Source: Octopus bimaculoides
Lineage: Eukaryota
DNA: 64,000 bases
Reading direction: 5' to 3'
Assembly: GCF_001194135.2 (NCBI RefSeq)
Contig: NC_068983.1
Coordinates: forward strand, 164,227,235-164,291,234
Numbering within the stretch: position 1 is the first letter of the stretch; every line of letters starts with the position of its first letter. The notes below the pieces were generated by a model, which made no database searches, was not told where the DNA came from, and saw only the letters and a list, made by a program, of their open reading frames with translations. This document shows positions 24,776-38,194 of the stretch, piece by piece. Position numbers and translations under genes: made by a program.

Positions 24776-27070
24776 CTGCAAATATAATTCAGAAATAAGA
24801 AAAATATATTACAGCATTGAAATAGGTTTTGTGTTGGTGTGATGATGGGAAGCTGTTTAAATTTAGCATGAAAGAAAATAATAGTGAGGTTGAAGTATTG
24901 AGACACTGACTAAATAATCATGAATACAAGCTAGCTTTATCTCTTGTTGTCTTCTTGTATCATTGGGGATTATAAAAAAACGGATTATTATATCCCTGGG
25001 GATTATACATAAGTCTGCTTGTTTCAGATTTTCTTTTCTAGTGGTAGACATCGGATATATTGGTAATTCGTTGTGGGTTGGTTTGCTATAAAGAGGGGTG
25101 TCAAGTTCTGGTGGCTTGAAGAAAATGTAAATTATTTGCATGTGCAAACTCCATCTCAGTTATACGAACAGCAGAAAAATAAACGTGAGCAATAGATTAA
25201 ATACAGAGGTATTTGCATGTGTGTGTGTGTACATACATGTAAAACATGGAAAAACTTTCCAGAAGTTTAGCATTATAAGTCCATAAGCACACGTATCGAT
25301 ATGAAACTATAGGTATGGGCAAACATATATATATATATATATATATATGGAAGAAAACGTAAAGAATTGCACATGCACTGGTGCAAATGCTTGCATGTAG
25401 ACACATATACATGTGCACCTGCCCTGTTGGTTTTGTTGTATTTCCAATGAAGGTGTCTTGGAGCTGAGAAACTAATTCTATGTTGGTAAGAAATCCAGAA
25501 ATGAATCTAAATGATTATATAAATACTTAAACACTCATTCATACATATTCTCACTCCTGTACACACTCATTCATGTATACACATACATACATACACCCAT
25601 ATGTACACACATACATACATATATGCATGCATACAGGCATACATACATACATACATACGCAAAAGAGAAAGTTAATCCGAAGACTTCAGATCCAATCCCT
25701 GACTGAAACTGCAAAAAATCTGTAAAACTTTCTAGAAGTTTATCATTACATAAGAGCATGTCTAGATATGTAACGATATGCATGAGAATACATCCATAAA
25801 ACATACAAATCTGCACATACATACATGCATACATACATACATGCATACATACATACATACATGCATGCATACATAATTTTAAATGAAAGAGGCCATGCGT
25901 ACATACATGTAAAAAAAAATTTGTAAAACCTTCTGAAACTTAACCTGTAAGTCCACATGCACATGTATAGACATGGAACTAGATGTGAGTATTCATGCAT
26001 AAAACATACAGATCTGCACACATGCATTGCAGTGATGCCAAACACCTGCACATATACACACATGCATGCACATCTGCCCTGTTGATGTTTTTGAAATTCC
26101 ATTGAAGGAGTCTTAGATCTAAGTTAGAAAATAACCATTTCTCCATTGGCGAAATATCAAGAAATAAAACTAAACAACAGCATTCCTATATATTTATACA
26201 GATGATCGATGAGTGCAGTCACATGTTTGGCATAGCAGACTATTCTTTGAATACACAATGGATACCATCTTAAGTGTGTTAATGCAACAAGTATCAGCCT
26301 GGTTAAATAAATGGTTAGTCTTCCGATAATATTCAGCAGAGAAACTTTTTATTCAAAATCGTGTGGATATTCATCCTTAACATGGATTTACCAAGCAGGC
26401 ATCTGCTATGAACATCTTGATGAGAAGTGAATTGACAACCATGAACGCTTTTATTGAGAAAGGTATATAAAATTCTTTAGGTTGTAGCTACAACAGAAAG
26501 AATCGTTAGCTATAAAATACATTTTTCTTGCATTAATGAAGCCAGTAATGAGCTACTTAATTGCTATAAAATGGCAAAAGAAGATTCCTTTGTTAGGGTT
26601 TTGAAAAGAATGAAATGATGCTGGAGAAGGCTGCATCCAGAACTAAAATATTTTATGACAAAAGGAAAGTCGGTTATGATAATTTTTCTTGATAAATATT
26701 TTTAATGCAAAAGTTGTAAATACTGTACAAAAAAACCCCTCAAAGTTATTCTCCTAAATAAGACATGCCTTGAATAACAATCCTGGCCCTCACTGCTGTA
26801 CTATGCTGTCTCACTCAGTCTGGTTGACATTGGTGCTTTACCATTTTGTAAGCAAGCTTGATGTTCACAATAAGTTGTCTGTCAACCCTAATGGAAACAA
26901 CAACAACAACAGCAAAAGAGAGACAACAAGATGGAAGAGAAAAGTGTATAAACATTTAAAGTGAAATCTTTCAAGAGAAGATCCCTGCATTTTTATTCCC
27001 CACTCCCATCCACCCATCATTGCAAACCACTGCATCTGTCTTGTCGTCACTGTCATTATCATGTAATTCT

Positions 27071-27300
27071 TCTATTTGTTTCAGTCATTTGACTGCGGCC
27101 GTGCTGGAGCACCGCCTTTTTAGTTGAACAAATCGACCCTAGGACTTATTCATTGTCAGCCTAGTACTTATTCTATCGGTAACTTTTTGCTGAACTGCTA
27201 AGTTACGGGGGAACTAAACACACCAACATCTATTGTCAAGTGATGGTGGGGGGACAAACACAGACTCACAAACATATACATACATACATACATATATATA
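27071..27300 (-). mobile_element. 3' half of CORE-type SINE
   Basis: Reverse complement of the 1290-1490 block. Confidence 0.8.
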
Positions 27301-27309
27301 TATATATAC

Positions 27310-27468
27310 ATCATTTACATTATTTACATTATTTATATTTGACGGATATTTGTCCCCATCTTGTTTGTTGTTAACACAATGTTTCAGCTGATATACCCTC
27401 CAGCCTTCGTCAGGTGTCTTGGGGAAATTTCGAACCTAAGTTCTCATTCCTAAGGTATTTTTCGATGA

Positions 27469-27523
<55 letters not shown>

Positions 27524-27672
27524 TATTCAGGTCACTGCCTGGCATCAAACTCGGAATCTTGGAGTTAGTAACCAGTACGCCATATGCCCACGAACACATG
27601 GCGTAGTGGTTAAGAGCATGGGCTACTGACCCAAGATTCTGAGTTCAATTCCAAGCAGTGACTTTAAAAATT

Positions 27673-27703
<31 letters not shown>

Positions 27704-27770
27704 TGAAAGATACCTTAGGAATGAGAACCCAGGTTCAAAATTTCCGCAAGACACTTGATGAAGGCTGGAG

Positions 27771-27775
<5 letters not shown>
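27310..27775. mobile_element. Second palindromic copy of family 1; right arm truncated at (TA)n and a gap
   Basis: Head-to-head tRNA-like heads around 27580-27610. Left arm has a hammerhead with CTGACGA core (27373-27418, minus). Right arm core reads TTGATGA. Confidence 0.8.
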
Positions 27776-27808
<33 letters not shown>

Positions 27809-27827
27809 NNNNNNNNNNNNNNNNNNN

Positions 27828-28300
27828 TGTCTGTGTTTGTCCCCCCACACCATTGCTTGACAACCGATGTTGGTGTGTTTATGTCCCTGTAATAGTACTA
27901 GGTTTACAAAGAATAACTGCTGGGCTTGATTTGTTTGACTAAAGGCAGTGCTCCCACATGGCCACAGTCAAATGACTGAAACAAGTAAAAGAATAAAGGA
28001 ATATACACATCATCATCATCATCATTTAACATCCGCTTTCCATGCTGGCATGGGTTGGATGGTTTGACTGAGGACTGGCAAGCCAGAAGGCTGCACGAGG
28101 GCCAGTCAGGTGGTACTGGCATTGGCTATGCTCAAATGGTGCTTTTTATGTGCCAACTGCACAGGAGCCAGTCTGGTGGCACTGGCAACGACCACTCTCA
28201 AATGGTGCTTTTTTTACGTACCACCAGCACGGGAGCCCTTCCTAACATACCAACCCCTTTACAGAGTGTGTTGGGTGCTCTTAGTTGGCACTGCATCGGC
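27828..28300. mobile_element. CORE-SINE 3' part (+, to ~28000) abutting an RTE-tail element (minus, 28008-28300)
   Basis: Homology to other copies in the window. Confidence 0.75.
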
Positions 28301-30719
28301 ACTTTTACATGCATAAACACACACATACACACACACATATACATCCAAACATATACACACATCATTATTAAGAACAGCTGCCCTAAAAAATGATTTAGAG
28401 CATTATCTTTATGCCACATTACTTTTCTTTGATGCCGTGGTGGACTTGAGTCATGAAAGAAGAACTTATAACATAGTGCCATCTTCACTTGTTGTCCTAT
28501 CTTCTGCTAAGTGCAGTGCACAATGGTCACAGCATGCTTTCAAACACATGATAATTTACTCAGCAGCCAAGTCTACCTTGGTTACATCATGTGTGCATGT
28601 AGCTAATTTATGCTTCCATTTAATCTCGAACTGAAGTTATCTCATGGAGAGATTATTGTCTACAGTTCAGTTGCTTTGCAAAACTGAAATATTGATAATA
28701 AACATCTTAAATTGAATAACCATTAGCTAATTAATTAATTAAAATGTTTTTAAATATCACACATTAAATATTAAATAGAGTCAATTGGTTGACGCTTTTA
28801 ATTAACAAATGTAGATTTCAATGGCTGATTAACCGTACTGAGTAGTCAAATTAAACTGAAAGTTGTGGCGTGCAAACATTTAACCAAGAAATTTTAGTGA
28901 AATGTCACAGAGAGATAAACAGGAATTATGTCATCATTTTGGCTCATTGAGAACTTATTTACAGTTAGCTGCGGTCCTTTATATCACTAAGTAATGGTTG
29001 TTTTATCACAGAATGTCATTAACACTTTTGATGCCAATCCATTTGGGAACCCCTCCCTTCCCTGGTTTCATGACAAACTTCTTGGTTTAGAGTAATTAAA
29101 TGTAAGTCTTTCATTAAGATTTCATGTTAATTTATGCTCCAAGAATCAGCTTGATAAACATGAAGTTATTCTTTTATTCCTTTATCAGTTTCAGCTTGAG
29201 AGCTGTGGCCATGCTGGGGCACCACCCTTAGCTTTGCTACACTTTTATTACTTGTAAAACTCCTCTGATATGTGGAATATGATAGCTGAGGGAGTTTTAA
29301 GTTGCTGCCCTCATACACATTTCGTGCCACGAGGTAGGTTCATCCGAAACTCTTGACTGGAGGAGATCCAGTTCTGTTTTGAAGACAACTACACAAACCT
29401 CATGTGGGTCTCTCAGGTTTTTTGGGACAAAGGACTGAGATGCCTGGTGTCTCACTGTACTCAAGAAGACACATACTCTGCAGTAGAGGTGTTAAGACAG
29501 GCCCCTCTAGTAGTCCCACATGTATTCTCTGATCTATCCCCATTCAAAGAAAGAACCAAAGATACAAAGGCATGTATTCCAGTCTTCAATAAAATCAAAT
29601 ATTGTATTTCCATTTTTGGTAATTGTTGTAACTCAGGGGAGCCATGTTTAAAATTAAAACTGTGCTGAAATTTAAAATCTTAGCCATTGGGAAAAACTAC
29701 AAAAAGATTCTTTCAAAGTGGATGCACTGCAAAGGTACGCGAGTGAAAATAGCATTGGTTGTATTTAGAATCTCAAAATATCTTAGAAATACTATTTAAA
29801 TGTGTGGCATATATATATATCGCTTGTCTGAAATGTGTTAGATAGCTCAAGATCCTTATCAAAAATAACAGCAGTCATTACACACACACATGCATGTATA
29901 TGCACATATATATACACATGTACATTCGTACATACAGACACATGCATGAACACCCAGACATGCACATACATAAATTCATACATACTCATATATACATACA
30001 CTCACTGATATACACACATGCAAATACACAACCCCCCCCACACACACACACACACACAAATAGGATCATGGTGTTTGCCTTTCTACAGAATTCAAATTAA
30101 ATATTTATTAGAACTAAAAACAAAACAATAACAAAAAGACTGACTGACAAGAATTCCTGAATGGATAAACTTTCTTGGAGTCCCAGGGGAAGAGATCAAA
30201 TAGAAATATTTTCTCAGACTAGACATTTTTGGAATAGGAAATGCAAACTTAATCTGTATTCTTTCTAAAAGATTTTGTCCTCATCAGAACTTGCTCCAAG
30301 CTGAAAACTTTATTAACACTACCATCAACTTAAATCCTGGTTGATTCTTTGAATAAAAACAGATCTCTTGGATTTTGGATTTTGGAGTGGCTTCTTGTGT
30401 TGCCATTTTTAGGTTAGCATCACACTTTAAAACGACTCTAGGAGATCAAATCTGTATTTAAAGCAACCCCGTGAACTGGGGTACACATTGCGAAAGTGTT
30501 CTGTCGCTGAAAGTACAAGGAATTTCTGGCAAGTTAGCATTCTTGACATACCATGAGCTTATTCAACAAAACATTACATACATACATACATACATACATA
30601 TATACATACATACTTACGTGCACACACACACACACACACACACAAATACATACATACATAGATACAAAAATATGAACAAGAAAGGAAGGTGGTAGAGGCC
30701 TGGGATCAGTGCAGATGAC

Positions 30720-31405
30720 TGTTGAATGCCGTATGGTATCACTCAAGTAGTGCCTGCTAAACAACAGCAGCAAAAATGAATATATTAATGCAGTCCTGAA
30801 AAGTAAAGGGAGACACATTGTACGAGTTGGCAGTGAACTCCTCAAGAATCACTCTCTTCTTGATGATGCCCTATACAGCCCCAAAACAGCTGGGCTCTCT
30901 TACCTCAGAGAAGACCTGGATGGAAAGCACTCAGCATACAAAAAAAGAAAGACTATGCATGGGTATGTTAACCGGAAGCTTGAAGAAAACAGTAAAATTG
31001 ACACGAAGCTCAGCCTCTCTTGGACACAAGACCACTACATCACATCATGCTTTGAAGGCTATGCGTTTGCAATCCAAGAACAGGAGATTTCCACAAAGTA
31101 CCTGGTGAACAAGAGAGACAGTGGTGCTTTTGCAATCCCAAGGTGCAATTGCATGTGTAGACTATGTCATGTTTCTGTGGAAGACATCATACATGTGATT
31201 AGCAGCTGTCCTAAAATGTCATCATGGTACTAGCTCCCTATGTGGCACAATGTTGTCGCTAAAACAATTTACAATACCATCTGCAAAAAAGACTGTCCTG
31301 AAATGAACTTAGAAAATCTCTTTGTTATGGAATACATTCATAAACACCAACTCAAGGAATACTGGTGGAATATTCCCATCAAAACTTCTGTCGAATGTAA
31401 ACATA
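30720..31405 (+). mobile_element. R4/Dong-type LINE fragment (CCHC knuckle region)
   Basis: EGYAFAIQEQEISTKYL...CRLCHVSVEDIIHVISSCPKM...WHNVVAKTIY...EYWWNIPIKT, with stop codons. Interrupted by a SINE at ~31405. Confidence 0.85.
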
Positions 31406-31561
31406 TCAGGCACAGGTGTGGCTATGTGGTAAGAAGCTGGTTTCTCAGCCACATGGCTCTGGGTTCAGTCACATTGCATGGCACTTTAGGCAAGTGGCAT
31501 CGAAAGCCCTGTGAGAGGGTTTATTACATGGAAACTGAAAGAAGCCCATCATATATGTACA

Positions 31562-31598
<37 letters not shown>

Positions 31599-32295
31599 GT
31601 GCGTGTGTTTGTGTGTTTGTGTGTTTGTGTGTGTCCCCTACCCAACAGCTTGACAATTGGTGTTGGTGTGTTTCTGTTCCCATAACTTGGCAGCTCAGCA
31701 AAAGAGATCAATCGAAGAAGTAACAGGCTTAAGAAAAGAAAAATAAGTGCTGGGGTCGATTCAGTCAACTAAAATCTCTCAGGGCAGTGCTCCAGCATGG
31801 CCGCAGTCTTATGAGTGAAACAAGTAAAAAATAAAAGACGAAAGATAAAAAAAATAGAAGATATATTAATTAATTTGCTTGTTAGCATCGGTTTCTTGAG
31901 TACATCTATAATTATTTTCTTAGGAGTGGCTGCATTGCACCTTGGGCAAGTGTCTTCTACTATAGCCTCGGGCCGACCAAAGCCTCGTGAGTGGATTTGG
32001 TAGATGGAAACTGAAAGAAGCCCGTTGTGTATATATATGTGTGTGCATGTGTGTATGTGTGTGTGTGTGTGCGTGTGTGTGTGCGTGTGTGTGTGTGTGG
32101 GTGTGTGTGTGTGTGTGTGTGTGTGTGCCTGTGTTTGTTCCCCCCCACCCCACACTGATGCTGGTGTGTCTATGCCCGACAGAATAAGTAATAAGCTTAC
32201 AAAGAATAAGTCCTGGGGTCGATTTGTTTGGCTAAAAGGCAGTGCTCCAGCATGACCGCAGTCAAATGACTAAAATAAGCGAAAGAATAAAAGAA
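31405..32295 (+). mobile_element. Two tandem CORE-type SINEs (31405-31830 and ~31924-32295)
   Basis: Homology to 1059-1495. Confidence 0.85.
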
Positions 32296-32619
32296 TAGAT
32301 ACACACCCTGTGATATGTATGAATTAATGATTTGGAATATGTTGAAGACTTCTCCTAAATTCCAATTCTATTGATATTTTGTGCCATTTCTTTTTTTGTC
32401 AAAATTATGTTATCTTTTGTGAGAATGAGTTGAGGTGATAATGTGCCTTAGGGTCTGTTGAGAGGAGTTGAAAGGGCCTGTTGTTCCCAAGTGGAATTGG
32501 TAGCTTAAATTACCAAAGGAATAACTGATTAGGCTTATTAGAATCCCTTTTGTGTGGCAGGCGTGATGAGGAGGAGGAAGCTGCATTAAGTATTTATTTA
32601 ACAATAATCTTCTGTGAAA

Positions 32620-33325
32620 GAGAGAGAGAGAGGAGAAACAGGGAGGGATAGAGAGAGAGAGAGGAGAAACAGGGAGGGATAGAGAGAGAGAGAGGAGAAA
32701 CAGGGAGGGATAGAGAGAGAGAGAGGAGAAACAGGGAGGGATAGAGAGNNNNNNNNNNNNNNNNNNNNNNNNNNNNNNNNNNNNNNNNNNNNNNNNNNNN
32801 NNNNNNNNNNNNNNNNNNNNNNNNNNNNNNNNNNNNNNNNNNNNNNNNNNNNNNNNNNNNNNNNNNNNNNNNNNNNNNNNNNNNNNNNNNNNNNNNNNNN
32901 NNNNNNNNNNNNNNNNNNNNNNNNNNNNNNNNNNNNNNNNNNNNNNNNNNNNNNNNNNNNNNNNNNNNNNNNNNNNNNNNNNNNNNNNNNNNNNNNNNNN
33001 NNNNNNNNNNNNNNNNNNNNNNNNNNNNNNNNNNNNNNNNNNNNNNNNNNNNNNNNNNNNNNNNNNNNNNNNNNNNNNNNNNNNNNNNNNNNNNNNNNNN
33101 NNNNNNNNNNNNNNNNNNNNNNNNNNNNNNNNNNNNNNNNNNNNNNNNNNNNNNNNNNNNNNNNNNNNNNNNNNGAAACAGGGAGGGATAGAGAGAGAGA
33201 GAGGAGAAACAGGGAGGGATAGAGAGAGAGAGAGGAGAAACAGGGAGGGATAGAGAGAGAGAGAGGAGAAACAGGGAGGGATAGAGAGAGGGAGAGGAGA
33301 AACAGGGAGGGATAGAGAGAGAGAA
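32620..33325. repeat. 31-bp purine minisatellite spanning a gap
   Basis: Unit gggagggatagagagagagagaggagaaaca repeated on both sides of the N run. Confidence 0.9.
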
Positions 33326-33699
33326 ATGTTCTGAAGATTTTCTATTAAGTTTAGGAACCAATCAAGAACAAAAGTAGGACGAGAAGAACAGATTAATGAG
33401 TGCAGAACATCATAGATTTTCTATGACTATTTTTTTTTCTAATCTTCTTTTTCTTCATTGCACTGCAATATAAAGTTTGATTTAGAGGTCACATGTTAGA
33501 TACACACACACATATGCACGCACACACACACATATTGGTATTTTCAGTTGATAACTGATGAAGAATTAGGGTCCTTGTGTCTGTCCTACATGTACATTTG
33601 TAGTATTTAATGCATTTTTCATTTATGGTATAACAGAACACCACACATTCTGACCTTTGTTAATAGTAAGTTTATATATATATACATATATATATGTCA

Positions 33700-33890
33700 G
33701 TACTACTGACCTCGCCTGTGCTTGTGCCATGTAAAATGCACTAAGTCCCACTCTGCTGAGTGGTTGGTGGTAGGAAGGGCATCCAGCTGTAAAAACCCTT
33801 ACCAAAAACAGTTACAGAAGTCTGGTGCAGGCTTCTGCCTGGCCATCTCCTGTCAAACTGTCCCACCCATGTCAGCATGATGATGTATGT
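33700..33890 (+). mobile_element. Diverged RTE-tail element
   Basis: aggaagggcatccagctgtaaaaac...cccatgtcagcatg. Confidence 0.65.
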
Positions 33891-33898
33891 ATGTATGA

Positions 33899-33940
<42 letters not shown>

Positions 33941-34554
33941 AAAAGTAACAACGAAAGACTGAGACCTCAATGTTAGACAAATAATGGATTGCTTATATAT
34001 GTTATAACTTAGAACAAGCAGTAAAAGGTTGTCATTATGGTACTCAGAGTTTTGAATGCCGGAGCAAAGAGCTACAATGCATTCTCATTTGCAATGGCAA
34101 CAGACGCTATGAAAAAAAAACTGTTAAATATAAGGGAAGTAACCCTAATAGGTGGGAAAAGGAAAAAGATAAAAAATGCACGCAACCATATTCTCACAAT
34201 ACATAGACATAAACCTCCTGTGTTGACAACGTCTACATATGCACACATTCACACAAACATGAGTACGTACATGCACATACACACATAAACATATATGTAT
34301 GTACTTACTCATAAATACATACATATCCACACACACACACACACACATGTATATATATATATATATATATATATATCTACATATACGAACACAACCACAT
34401 CCTCATACACACAGGTGCTTAGGTGCATACACGTAACATAATACATATATATTTTTAGACATTTATACGTATAAATATCTGTATATATATATACGCAGAC
34501 ATACATTCACACTCCCACACTCCAGGAAGGAACATCTGCATCTAAATGCTGGAA

Positions 34555-35715
34555 TTCATTCTGATGTCTTTGAACAGTGCTCAATTCAGATGGTTTGTGG
34601 GAGGCTGGTGGAGATAGTGGTGAAACCCTGGCTGGAGAGGGTTGCTGTTTGAAGGCCATATGTGTGGCAGCAGGATTTGGCTTCTTGCCATACTTTCAGA
34701 AAGATTCAGAAGTGGTTGCTAGAGAATTTCTACAACTCCACCAGTGCCAATCCCCTCAATTGTAATCCATGGATTACAATGTGTGGGTTGTGGGTGAGAA
34801 AGATGCCTACTGCTCTGCCAATGTCAGGTCGCTCTTTAGCACTACTGGTTACATGTAACCCAGTAGAACCTGTCACATGGTTGGGTCGTCAGCGACTAAA
34901 CTGGCAGCTCCATCAAGCTTGCTTGGTGAGGAGAAGGATTGTTGGACACCCCGTGGAACGAAAAATAAGACCTGTCAAAGGGCAGAAGAACTACAGTGTA
35001 GTCAACAGCCAATTCAACAAGTACCTTATCATGGTGAAGTGCCTGTGTGCTCCATTGACCCAGGGAGCTATGCTGGAGGAAGAGAACTCTTCAGGCAGGT
35101 CTTACTGGGCCAGACAGGTCGAAGGGTAGGAAACAGACAAAATCTTAACCATTAGAGGAGTAAACTTCAATGACAATAAATCGAAGCATCAGCAGCAGGA
35201 CGTGGATTTAGCTATCGGCGGGACCTAACAGATCAGATTCATGGCTTTGAACGAACAGAATGTCATGCTGAAGATCTTGAATACAAAACAATGGATGAGA
35301 CCCTAATATTCCTAGTTAGATGGAAACTTCAGGACCACATAGAACAGTGCCCTGTGACTCCTATAGTATGCACAACCAAAACCCCTATAAATCCATGCAG
35401 CACCAGGGTTAGAGCCCCTGACTCAGACATTCCAGATGTTTAAGCAAGTCGCATAAAGACTGATGAAGGTACTTTTTTAAATCCAACTGGAAGAGAAGAA
35501 GCTGCTAGTGGGATGGGAGGAGTCAAATTTTGGGGTCTCCTGAGGGACGACCAAGATAAATAGATAGATAGTCTGCCTGCAACACTAAAGATGAGTTGGT
35601 GGCCAAGATCAATAAGGTGTTTGAAGATCTTCCCAGAGAGGAATGTATGCACCAGGTCCTGGAGCCACCTTGAGGCCATGATGGGAGCTGGGGGCAGCTG
35701 CTTTCAGTAAATTGT
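34555..35715 (+). mobile_element. Decayed Tc1/mariner-superfamily transposase, split by an insertion
   Basis: LNSDG...VVKPWLERVA*RPYVWQQDLASCHT...NCNP...EKDAYCSA|CNTKDELVAKINKVFEDLP. The frame is restored by removing 34820-35577. Confidence 0.8.
34820..35571 (+). mobile_element. Non-autonomous RTE-like retro-insertion with 6-bp TSD
   Basis: TCTGCC at 34814-34819 and 35572-35577; (TAGA)n 3' tail; RTE-5'UTR-like motifs (gacccagggagctatgc, gacaggtcgaaggg) recognised from memory. Confidence 0.65.
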
Positions 35716-35944
35716 TATCCCCCCCACCACCACCACCAGCCATAATCCAGTTGAAACGTTTTCATGATTTAAAATACTTTTATTTTTGGACGGAATATTG
35801 TGTTTCCTTTTCTTTTTATACAAACTGTTGAATTTAATCCAAACACACTGTACACATTTGTGTGTGCATGTATGTGTGTGTGTGTGTTTGTGCATATGTG
35901 TGTGCATGTGTGTATGTGCATGTGTATGTGTGTGTGTGTGTATG

Positions 35945-36228
35945 TCTTCTTGTCTTGGCATTGCCTAATAGTTGTAAACGAGTGTCACTGTTATACAAGC
36001 AGTGTCATTCATTTCCAATATTCTTCTGTGAAACATGTCAGCCACCTGGAAGTATGACCTTTCTTTGAAGCAGTTGTGGATTGGCCCCCAGAGACAATTT
36101 GCCTCTTTGAATTCTGTCCGACTCATGAAAGCATAGAAAAATGTGGATATTTAATTGATGATGATGATGACGGTGCTGTTGATGACGATGGTTTTTAATT
36201 GATGATGATGATGATAATGATGGTAATG

Positions 36229-36260
<32 letters not shown>

Positions 36261-36560
36261 AATGATGAAGATGATGGTGTTAATGAAGATGATGATGATG
36301 GTGTTGTCAATGATGATGGTGTTGTTGATGATAATGATGATGAAGATGATGAGGATGAGGATGATGGTGATGATAACGGTGATGATGTGATGGTGGTGAT
36401 AATGATGATGATGATGATGATGATGATGATGGTGGTGATAATGATGATGATGATGATGATGGTGGTGTTAATGATTATGATGGTGATGATAATGACGATG
36501 GGGATAATGGTGACGGTGATAATGATGATGATGATGATGTGGGTGTTGATAATGGTGATG
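35945..36560 (+). repeat. Third RTE-tail family copy followed by a long (GAT)n tract
   Basis: Homology to 14130-14360; direct inspection. Confidence 0.7.
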
Positions 36561-37884
36561 ATAGATACAGCAATTACTGCTGATGTCAGTCTTTTTTTTC
36601 TCTCCCTCGCCTCCCTCTCCTCACTCCCCTTCCAGGTTGCTCTCCGTTGATAACTCTCTATTTCTTTCTGTGCAAACTGCTTCTTCTTTTTTTTTTTCTT
36701 TCTTTCCTCATGCCAAATGAAAACGTTTATAAATGTACATGCGTGCTCTTTATATATTCACCTCTTTGATTATAATGTCTGGCATAGCTTGCTTTTATTT
36801 CCTTGTTGGTCTGGAATTACATGAACCAATCTATCAAAGACCTGTCATTATCATATACCAAGTTTGGTAAGAACTTAGAATATTTCCGTGTTGATGCACA
36901 AGTCACAACATATTGCTCTGTGATTATTGCTAGTTATTCCTCTTCTCCAAAACTCACATAGCCAAAAAGGAATTGGCCAAATTCTGTCTTTTCCTTGATT
37001 ATACAGACTGCTGTTTACATTTGTATCTTGTTTAATAACTTTATTTGGGTAGAATTTTCTGTGGCTGGTCATTGATTTTATGGAAATGAAATCAGATCTG
37101 ACTAGTTTCTGATTCCCAGCCAGAAATTATAAACCATTGTTGGTTTTTATATTGGTTGACATTGTTTTTTTTTTTTTTTTTTAATTTTTATTTTGCCAAA
37201 TATTTTTCATCGATTCGTTCTTTTTCTCTTCATTTGTTCTTTAATATTTTTGAGAGTTCCACTTTGGTTTTGCCCTTGATTTCATCTTTACCATGTCTGG
37301 TCCTGAAACTTGGGCAGTATCAGGCTTTGCAGATGTAGACTTATTTTGTTCCACTATGGTGATTGGTTGGTTATTTCTGGGGTTATTTTCTTGTTTGTTC
37401 TATTGTATGAAAGATGTAGCACATGGGTCGTGTTATTGAGTTTTGTCTTTTTGTATTTTGCTTGCAAGATTTTTGATGTGAAGTCATCAGCTGATACAAA
37501 TTTTGTTGTATCTTGGAAGGGTCATTACATCAACAATGAACACAAACATTGTTTCAATTTCACTTCGTTATTATTAGTCAATTGGTTAGTTATTTAAGCA
37601 ACTAACTAATTGACTACTTGTTTAATCCATCAGTTAACTAATTATTGACTGATGATAAAAGAAGTGAAATAGAACCAGTGCATGTGTTTATTATTGGTGT
37701 AATGATGCTCCCAAGATACAACAAAAATTATTTCATTGGAGTTTGATCATTTAAGAATGTGTGTTATTTCAGTAATCCTTCACCATATCATGGTTCACCC
37801 ATCACAGTTTATTATTTAAGTTTACATCGATTCTTCTGTGGTGTCATTTTGCATTTATAATAAAATAAATATACACAAATTATT

Positions 37885-37993
37885 AAAATAATTTTAAAAA
37901 AATATACAGTACATTACTGCTTCTACTTCATGAATTTTTACCTATTGCGGGAGGTTCTGGAATGTAACAGCCATGATAGTTGAGGGATTACTG
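37885..37993. mobile_element. Tigger/pogo-like terminal inverted repeat remnant
   Basis: Minus strand begins cagtaatccctcaactatcatggctgttacattccag, similar to recalled Tigger-type ends. Confidence 0.45.
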
Positions 37994-38194
37994 CATATTG
38001 AATGGCTTTTGTATGAAATATGTGTTATTCATATAAAGAGTGTCCAGTCATGCTACTGAACATATGACTTCTATAGGAAACAGGCTGTACCTAACACAAC
38101 TATTGTTTTAAATAAGTAATTTTGTAATCTCTGGTATGGTTTGTGTTTTCATTCATGATTTTTCTACAGCATACCTAGTGTTTCATTTATCATT

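Noticed and set aside
26856-26890. Possible minus-strand exon (VDRQLIVNIKLAYKM) near 26850-26890
   Set aside because: It ends in phase 0, incompatible with exon B, and exon A joins B directly.
35460-35466. Other CTGATGA hits (here, 33555, ~37648 and ~30281 minus)
   Set aside because: No stem II closing on GAAA and no stem I partner, so these are chance heptamers.
36955-37072. Strong minus-strand donor gtgagt at the end of ORF MTSHRKFY...
   Set aside because: The acceptor is weak, splicing to exon B would create TGA, and there is no CH similarity.
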